From an uncultured Methanosarcinaceae archaeon (GTDB lineage Archaea > Halobacteriota > Methanosarcinia > Methanosarcinales > Methanosarcinaceae), in assembly GCA_963721455.1 (NCBI GenBank), contig CAVRJG010000049.1:1-10199 (forward strand): 10,199 nucleotides of DNA. Reading direction: 5' to 3'. The position numbers and the translations under genes are program-made. This document shows positions 1-5,868 of the stretch, in pieces. Position 1 is the first letter of the stretch; each line of letters begins with the position of its first letter. The notes under the pieces were generated by a model that saw only the letters and a list, made by a program, of their open reading frames with translations, did no database searches and had not been told where the DNA came from.

Positions 1-888
1 CACTTTTTGAACTATACCATGTTTTCCCCATTTTTACCGCATCCAGAAGCCCCTGCCTGGCCCGCAGGCTAAGATATTCCTGAGAATAAGGAGTCATCGG
101 GGCAAGTTCTTTGAGGGGTAGAAGTTCGTCGGTCCCGCCGAGATCGAGAGGTACAGGGTCAGGTTTTCATCCACGGCTTTTGCAATAAAATTGGCAAATG
201 GGCCGAGGTTCCCTGCATCTGCAGCTTTAAGGGATTTATAGTATTTTCCTCGATCCTCCTTTTTGAGCACGACAGGAGGATAATCTCTTGCAATCAAATA
301 CAGATTTGTGAGGAGTCGGGCTACTCTGCCGTTTCCGTCACTGAAAGGATGAATCTCAACAAATTTGTGATGCAGGAACGAAGCTGTTTCAACGGGATGA
401 TCCTTACTTTCAGCTATCTTTTCAATCAGTTCGTCCATCAGTTTCACTATCTTTGACCAATCAGGAGGAGCCTTTACTGCGCCGGTTATCCTCACATTTC
501 TGGTACGGTATCTACCGGCCTCTTCAAGTATACCTCTGGTTACTATTTCATGGATCTCCTGAATTGTAATATGGTCTATTGAACGTTTTTTCTTTGCAAG
601 CTCTTCCATTAGGTCAAAAGCTTTTGCGTTATTGCTCGCCTCAAGATGTTCTCGGAGAGATTTCCCGCCGATGGTCAACCCTTCTTCCAGAACAAGTTTT
701 GTCTCTTGGAGTGTTAATGTGTTCCCTTCTATCGCATTGGAGTGATAGGTATGTGCCAACCTCATCTCTTCATGCAGCTTTCCTAAAGCATCTGCCGGAA
801 TGGGTCGCATAGAGTCGAGCCGCTTCATTTTTTCATCTATTCGTTCAAGAAGTTCTTCTTGAATCAAGGGAGTATCGGTATTCGTCAT
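1..888 (-). pseudogene. Class II Fic (Fido) family protein with C-terminal HTH, frameshifted near 141; 3' end runs off the window
   Basis: ORF 888->94 has the Fic catalytic motif HPFSDGNGRVAR and the inhibitory (S/T)xxxE(G/N) motif SNAIEGN. At ATC-TC-GGC (144-137) a second frame continues without a stop to the window edge: GGTDELLPLKELAPMTPYSQEYLSLRARQGLLDAVKMGKTWYSSKS. This resembles an excisionase/MerR-type HTH and implies one missing base (real lesion or sequencing error). Confidence 0.88.
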
Positions 889-956
889 AATTAGGCATAT
901 CCGATATGTATCTCCTGATATATATCGGTATCGGAATTATTTCGAGTGATCCGATA
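873..956. promoter_or_regulatory. Putative fic promoter/operator: TATA-like tract plus clustered CCGATA/TATCGG motifs
   Basis: TATCGG at 873, 923 and 929; CCGATA at 901 and 951. A 9/10 inverted repeat (901-910 / 919-928) overlaps an ATATATAT tract ~30-37 bp upstream of the ATG at 888. Confidence 0.4.
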
Positions 957-1015
957 ATAATTTTGTTTAAAAAGTTAAGGAAAAGAGAAGAGTATCCATT
1001 CCCTGGATAAATCTT

Positions 1016-1196
1016 GGTCGCCCATTGATACAAGGTTGGTGTTTTCAGGATAAAAATTTCCAATGCGATTCTTGATTCCGTTTTGATGCTTTTGCGACAC
1101 AACCGTTCTACAAATGCCATAGGCATGGAAAAGAATGTGAGTAGACGTTATTTCGATTACTGTGAAATATTAACAACTGAATACAAATGGACGACC
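1016..1196. mobile_element. 181-bp non-autonomous element (MITE) with GGTCGYCCATT terminal inverted repeats
   Basis: Left end GGTCGCCCATTGATA; right end (reverse complement) GGTCGTCCATTTGTA. The right 66 bp recur inverted at 2916-2981 (63/66 identical). No target-site duplication seen; IS family not assigned. Confidence 0.7.
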
Positions 1197-1258
1197 TATT
1201 CAAACAGGGAAACTCTAATTATCCACGGTAATTCTCGGACAGCCTGTATAGGTTTTGG

Positions 1259-1319
1259 GGTTCCGTTGCAAAAAATCGGCTTTTTCACAAAATCAGTAAA
1301 AACCATCACAATTCGGAAA
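1259..1319. mobile_element. Truncated IS6-like MITE end (GGTTCCGTTGCAAAA)
   Basis: Near-perfect inverted copy of 2155-2216 (1 mismatch, 1 indel). The terminus resembles the IS257/IS26 TIRs GGTTCTGTTGCAAA / GGCACTGTTGCAAA. Confidence 0.8.
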
Positions 1320-1429
1320 TTTGTCCAGTACTTGCAAATGCTACAATATTGGGTCTCACCGTCTGAGCGCAATTTCAAGTTCGCATGGCATTTTGGACAT
1401 ATTGAAGTCGTATTGCTTCGTACCAGCAT
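1320..1429 (-). pseudogene. Small Zn-ribbon (CPxC...CxxC) protein, C-terminus cut by a MITE end
   Basis: From ATG at 1429: MLVRSNTTSICPKCHANLKLRSDGETQYCSICKYWTN, after which the frame runs into MITE sequence at 1319. The listed ORF 1196..1483 is therefore a chimera. Confidence 0.55.
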
Positions 1430-1477
1430 AGGACAAAAACAGATATTCGGTGAGCTACTTACACTAAAAAGGCAATT

Positions 1478-2035
1478 ATGCATATTAACTACCCTGATAT
1501 TGGAATCTGTGGACTTTCTTGTAGACTTTGCTCCATGTACAATACCGAAGCAAAGAGCAGATGCTTAGGATGCAAAAGTCCAACCAGAATGGTTGTTGGG
1601 TGCCCGTTTATCACATGTGCTGTAAAGAAAAAAGGAATTGAATTTTGCTGGGAGTGCGAAGAAAGCAATACTTGTGAAAAATGGAGGAAACACAGAGAAG
1701 CAGGTAAAAGACATGATTCTTTCAAATGTTATCAAACACTTGAGGAGGATATTTCGTTTATACATAAGAATGGCATCAATGAATTTGAAAAAATACAGAA
1801 ACAAAGAGAGCAGTTACTAAAAGAGATGTTAAAAGACTTTAATGAAGGTCGTTCAAAAAGCTATTACTGTATTGCTGCGACCGTTTTAGAACTTGAAGAA
1901 CTTAAGGAAGCTCTGACCCAAGCAAAAAAAGAATCTGATGGAATTGATAGTATTAAAGAAAAATCAAAGATTCTTCATTCGATTTTAGATGACATCTCTT
2001 TTAAGAAAAAATATTACTTGAGATTAAGGAAATGA
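1478..2035 (+). CDS. DUF3795-like Cys-rich (metal/Fe-S binding) protein, 185 aa
   Basis: Intact ORF. N-terminal pattern CGLSCRLC...CLGC...CPFITC...FCWECEESNTC is typical of DUF3795; C-terminus is helical and charged. Confidence 0.85.
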   Translation: MHINYPDIGICGLSCRLCSMYNTEAKSRCLGCKSPTRMVVGCPFITCAVKKKGIEFCWECEESNTCEKWRKHREAGKRHDSFKCYQTLEEDISFIHKNGINEFEKIQKQREQLLKEMLKDFNEGRSKSYYCIAATVLELEELKEALTQAKKESDGIDSIKEKSKILHSILDDISFKKKYYLRLRK

Positions 2036-2066
2036 ACAAGCTAGCAAAGCAGTGTGCAATTTTTTC

Positions 2067-2216
2067 GGTTCCGTTGCAAAAAAAATATTTCTGCAATTTG
2101 ACACTATAATTTTCACCTTTATGTATCATTTTCTTTCTAATGAAAATGATTAACTTTCCGAATTGTGATGGTTTTTACTGATTTTGTGACAAAGCCAGAT
2201 TTTTTGCAACGGAACC
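2067..2216. mobile_element. 150-bp IS6-like MITE
   Basis: Perfect 17-bp TIRs GGTTCCGTTGCAAAAAA / TTTTTTGCAACGGAACC. Colinear (inverted) with the diverged copy at 5506-5654. No TSD seen. Confidence 0.88.
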
Positions 2217-2239
2217 AGTCAGGTTATGTTTTTTTCCAT

Positions 2240-2892
2240 TCAGTGTGATTCCGGCTTTTCATTCCTAAGTCGAGTCTCATTGAGTAGCTTTGTAAGTCCG
2301 GTTCTGTCAACTAAATTAATGTCATTTGCTCTAGCTAATTGTATCGCCGAATCCGTAAAATAACTATTCGTAACTACCATTCCCTTACTGCATTTATGAA
2401 AACCTTTTGCAGCTACAACTTCCTGAACTGCACCATTTGAGACCTTTCCTGAATATCTTTTGAGCTGAACAGCTGTCCTTATCCCCTCATTTGATGTTAT
2501 AATAAATATCGGCCCCTTGATCGCCTGATAACGGAGTATGATGTGTCGAATATCCTGAAATTTTCAAAAACACGCTTGATATGCTTTTCAAACTCATACC
2601 CGTCCATTGCATCTATATCTGCTAATGTACATTGCTCCGGCATTGCATCTATTCCTGTGAATGTACGTTGTGCTGGAATAGTTTTTCTATGTATATCCTC
2701 TAAAACATCTTTAAATATATATTTTATAATTTTATATCCACACCACAAAATAAAAAAATAAGACGTAAATCTAATTAAAAAATCGTTTCCAGAGAATGAT
2801 ATAAACACAAATATAAACACAACCGCGACTAGACTCCAAGCCCAACGCGGAAGTAGTTTTTTTTCGTTCTTTTCTTTCTCAGTATCATCCAT
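2240..2892 (-). pseudogene. Membrane-anchored Mrr_cat (type IV restriction endonuclease-like) protein with two +1 frameshifts
   Basis: N-terminus has two hydrophobic segments, then IDAMDGYEFEKHIKRVFEN. A shift near 2558 gives SGYSTHHTPLSGDQGADI; a shift near 2505 gives IITSNEGIRTAVQLKRYSGKVSNGAVQEVVAAKGFHKCSKGMVVTNSYFTDSAIQLARANDINLVDR, with TGA at 2242-2240. The D..D..QxK catalytic pattern of Mrr_cat is present. Confidence 0.88.
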
Positions 2893-2915
2893 TTAATCGC
2901 CTATGTAAAAAATAT

Positions 2916-2981
2916 GGTCGCCCATTTGTATTCAGTTGTTATTATTTTACAGTAATCGAAATAACGTCTACTCACATTCTT
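2916..2981. mobile_element. Truncated second copy of the GGTCG-end element
   Basis: 63/66 identical to the reverse complement of 1131-1196. Starts 24 bp upstream of the Mrr-like start codon and breaks off at the MITE beginning at 2983. Confidence 0.8.
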
Positions 2982-2982
2982 A

Positions 2983-3103
2983 GGACTCGTGTCGAAATAA
3001 CCTATGCAACACATAATTATTTTGGAATTAAATCGATGAGCTTGCTTGTGAAAATGGTTGAGTGCAGTCTAAAAAGTTATCTATATTATTTCGCGGTGAA
3101 TCC
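2983..3103. mobile_element. 121-bp MITE, probably IS5-family related, with TTA duplication
   Basis: Imperfect TIRs GGACTCGTGTCGAAATAA vs GGATTCACCGCGAAATAA (reverse complement), 13/18. TTA flanks both sides (2980-2982, 3104-3106), matching the TWA targets of some IS5 subgroups. Confidence 0.6.
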
Positions 3104-3213
3104 TTAGCTCACGTGGAAGGATTGCGGTAGCAACGGTAGGGATCAAGGTCTTTACAGCAAACGTGAACAGGACTCTAAAAAGAAAACTCCCTTAAAGGGA
3201 AACTCGGAAATTT

Positions 3214-3389
3214 GTATCCTCTTCAAATTCGAAGGGGAATTTTCCAACCGAAAAAAAATGCAACAATTTTATCGTACAGTTTGGACGTTGAATATGTCTC
3301 ATGAGTATGTTTTTTAAACGTAGTTAAATTCTTAAATTTTCAGCACATGTGTGAAATTTACTTTTTCCCCCACAATTTGAAGAGGATAC
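3214..3389. mobile_element. 176-bp MITE with perfect 16-bp TIRs and 8-bp TSD (IS66-like signature)
   Basis: TIRs GTATCCTCTTCAAATT / AATTTGAAGAGGATAC. Direct repeat GGAAATTT at 3206-3213 and 3390-3397. A GTA terminus with an 8-bp TSD suggests IS66 (inference). Confidence 0.92.
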
Positions 3390-3769
3390 GGAAATTTTAA
3401 GAGTGAGGCCTTCTTACTTTACCAATTTTTTGATTTTTATAGCCTGCTTGTAGGTTAATAACTGTTCATTAAAAAGTGGTAGAGTGATATGCTAGAGGTT
3501 CCTTTTATGAGTTCATTGGATACGCCTAACTAATTAATAACAATGGTTTGTTTACGATTCGGTACACAGGAAACTCTCTAACATACCAACATTATAAATT
3601 ATTATCTTTTTGTATATATTTGTTCTGTCGGTGTCTGGTTGTATCTCATCTCTTTAGAAAAGAAGTCAGAAGCTGCCAAAAGGCAGATGTGCAAGAAAAC
3701 AGATCAGAAGCCGTCAGAAAGCAGGCCTGAGAAATGCAGTAATTTTCCCCCAAAACTACTGGATTATCT

Positions 3770-4669
3770 GGCCTTGTTGCAAAATCAGTGTAAACTTTAA
3801 CTATCAGGTTTTACGACAAAACCTTGCGGTTGTAAAGACTATAAATCTGTTTTTTGCGAAAGAAATAATGGTGAGTAATTCAGATTTGTCGGGTAAGTCG
3901 GGAGGATTGCTCCTCCTTTCTCCCCTAGGAACCGTACTTGAAAGTTTCCCTTCATACGGCTCGAGTGTTTTCAAACCTTTTCTGTATCAGGCATCAGTTA
4001 TTGTGCTAACTGATTTTGTGATTCTGGATAACAGTTCACTAACATAACTGTCTGTAAGCCTCTCACCTGTCGGTGTATTTGAGTATCCCACATTCGTGAA
4101 TTTGTTTCCGTTCACACATGAAAACACCATCAGTAAGTCTGCATCCTTTCGAATTGAGGCAAAGTTTGAACCTCTATCCAATCCATTACAGATTGGCATT
4201 CGCTTTTTACTGAATCCTATGCCCTCTACGTTATCGTTAGCCTTTGCAGACGTTTCTACCTTTTTTTTTTAAAGGGACGTATAGGGTTTACCAAGTTCTA
4301 TTTCATGAATAGTTGCAGATGCCTTAGGAGCCATCTATGAGCCGAAAATCATTTGTCCATTTTCCATAATGTTCTGTAAGCCATTATGGCCTGATTTTGT
4401 ACCTTTTGGTTTAAGCGTATCAATCCAGATTTCGCTTATTCAAATTTACGACTCTTACAATGATTCACTTTACGTTCTCCATAGCACCTTTATCCTGGCA
4501 AATTGTCTAAACTGGATTTTTAGAGGTCTTCACATTGTCCCAGAAGCTTTGTACCTAAACATTACTGTAAACGCACATCCTGGTAGGATTACTCCAAATG
4601 GAAGGAGTAGCACATAGGCAATTCATGAAACAGCTTCTTGTCGCACTACAGAACTTTTGATACACTGCC
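3770..4669. mobile_element. ~141-bp IS6-like MITE interrupted by the group II intron (halves 3770-3887 and 4647-4669)
   Basis: Ends GGCCTTGTTGCAAAA and (reverse complement) GGCAGTGTATCAAAA are 11/15 inverted matches and both resemble IS6 TIRs. Removing the intron gives 141 bp, close to the 149-150 bp IS6-like MITEs nearby. No TSD. Confidence 0.6.
3888..4646 (-). ncRNA. ORF-less group II intron (self-splicing ribozyme), 759 nt
   Basis: 5' end GTGCGACAAGAAG at 4646. Canonical 34-nt domain V GAGCCGTATGAAGGGAAACTTTCAAGTACGGTTC (3962-3929; AGC triad, GAAA loop). Domain VI has a bulged A at 3894 and the 3' end ACCCGAC at 3888. The EBS1 hairpin (stem 4364-4371 / 4382-4389) displays TACAGAA, complementary to the 5' exon end TTCTGTA. 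Too short to hold an RT ORF, and no RT motifs seen. Confidence 0.95.
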
Positions 4670-4710
4670 GTAACTGCATGTAGTGCACCAATAGTTCTGT
4701 AACTTCTGAT

Positions 4711-5130
4711 TTACTCCGTACTCTTTTTCTTTATCACTGTGGAAATATTATTTTTGCAACAGAGCCGTTTTTTCTTCCCTCTAGGACTCACCATTTCTTC
4801 TCGTGGTTCTGGAATCAATTCGTTTTCCTTCAGGATTGCTACTATTTCTTCCAGGTATCTGTAGAGAGATTTCATGTCATTCCCTACCAATTTGAAATCT
4901 TGTGCCACCGTTTCTTTATACTTTCTTAGATCCTCTTCTAAGTCTCGAATCTGGATACGAAGAAGCTGCACCTCTTTTTTTCCAACTTTTTTGATGTCTG
5001 CTATTTTCTTGCTCCCGCACTTGGAACAATGGGGAAGAGAAGACTTTGTTCTGAATTCATGCCCACACTTGAGGCAAATAACCAATTTTCTTTCGAGAAT
5101 TTCATTTCTTTGACTGCTGCTTGGATTCAA
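4711..5130 (-). CDS. Hypothetical Zn-ribbon plus coiled-coil protein, ~139 aa (TTG start uncertain)
   Basis: CLKCGH-x8-CSKCGS zinc ribbon followed by a heptad-like segment (LRIQIRDLEEDLRKYKETVAQDFKLVGNDMKSLYRYLEEIV). TATA-like ATATATAAA with an upstream GAAAAA BRE-like tract lies ~30 bp upstream on the minus strand. Confidence 0.7.
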   Translation of the reverse strand: MNPSSSQRNEILERKLVICLKCGHEFRTKSSLPHCSKCGSKKIADIKKVGKKEVQLLRIQIRDLEEDLRKYKETVAQDFKLVGNDMKSLYRYLEEIVAILKENELIPEPREEMVSPRGKKKRLCCKNNISTVIKKKSTE

Positions 5131-5155
5131 AGGTAAAAATACCCCCTGAGTCTGA

Positions 5156-5238
5156 ATTTATATATCTGTTTTTCAGGGTCATAAACGCTCATATAATCAC
5201 CATTCTTTCGGTCATAAAAGGTCATAAACGCACATAAA
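5156..5238 (-). promoter_or_regulatory. Putative BRE/TATA promoter with upstream GGTCATAAA direct repeats
   Basis: GGTCATAAA at 5177, 5210 and 5220 (first and third extend to GGTCATAAACGC); degenerate CACATAAA at 5231. TATA-like tract at ~5157-5165. Confidence 0.5.
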
Positions 5239-5505
5239 TTTTTCCCTTTTTTGGGCGAAAACAGATGAGAAAATATATTTCATATACTAGAGATTCAGAA
5301 ATCATTCCGTAACTACCAAAAAAATTTTGTATTAATGGACTCTCTAGTACTATATGCAAAGAACATCCTAATTTTTTGCAATGAATCTTAGGAAGTCTGC
5401 TATCTATTTTTGGCAATTCTGGTTCTGCTTAGAGTCTATCCGAAAAATCAATAATGGCATGTTATGGAAGTTACAATGAGTTATCATATCGAGTATAAGT
5501 TAAGT

Positions 5506-5654
5506 GGTTCTGTTGCAAAAAATCTGGCTGTTTTACCAAACCAGTGAAAAACATCACAGTTGGGATATTAAGATGTCATAAGCAGATCAATAATAACACA
5601 AAAAGAAATTATTATAGCCTAAAAGGGTAGAAAAATTATTTTTGCACCAGAACC
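5506..5654. mobile_element. 149-bp IS6-like MITE (diverged relative of 2067-2216)
   Basis: TIRs GGTTCTGTTGCAAAAA / TTTTTGCACCAGAACC. The interior aligns colinearly with the reverse complement of 2067-2216. Confidence 0.85.
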
Positions 5655-5815
5655 TTATTAGGACTTACGCGGTTGAGCTGAGAAATCAATAGCATTAAAC
5701 CTTCAACTGTCTAAAATATGAATTCAACCACAACTCCTGTTGTACGTGATTTTGTACTTCAAGTGCGTAAGTCCTACTTATTTTTGCACCAGAACCTTAT
5801 TTTTGCACCAGAACC
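5636..5815 (+). repeat. Three identical 19-bp copies of the MITE right end (TTATTTTTGCACCAGAACC), interrupted by a second MITE
   Basis: Copies at 5636-5654, 5778-5796 and 5797-5815. Removing 5659-5776 plus one CTTAT restores a perfect 3x tandem. Confidence 0.92.
5659..5776. mobile_element. 118-bp MITE with TAGGACTTACGC TIRs and 5-bp TSD (IS701/ISH3-like)
   Basis: Perfect 12-bp TIRs TAGGACTTACGC / GCGTAAGTCCTA. CTTAT is duplicated at 5654-5658 and 5777-5781. Family assignment is an inference. Confidence 0.9.
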
Positions 5816-5868
5816 GTATACTTTATCATGGAATAAAGAATTTTAGCAGTAACATTCAAGGGAACATA

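Noticed and set aside
1231-1245. Solo TIR-like ATTCTCGGACAGCCT, similar (11/15) to AGTCTATCCGAAAAA at ~5433, as ends of one element
   Set aside because: Weak match, wrong relative orientation to bound the intervening DNA, and no TSD; at most isolated remnants.
845-1568. ORFs 845..1126 (-) and 1083..1568 (+) as genes
   Set aside because: They run across MITE boundaries, overlap real genes and have no recognisable motifs.
3987-4617. ORFs 3987..4199 and 4369..4617 as proteins
   Set aside because: Both lie inside the structured intron RNA and lack RT motifs; at most a short IEP remnant is present.
5222-5416. 64-aa minus-strand ORF and a weak TACTAGAGA/TCTCTAGTA inverted repeat
   Set aside because: TTG start, no motif, and the ORF overlaps the promoter repeats; the IR is short and within chance expectation.
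5636-5815. CRISPR-like mini-array of 19-bp repeats
   Set aside because: The repeats are the MITE terminus, two copies are directly adjacent, and the only 'spacer' is a 118-bp MITE with a TSD. No cas genes.
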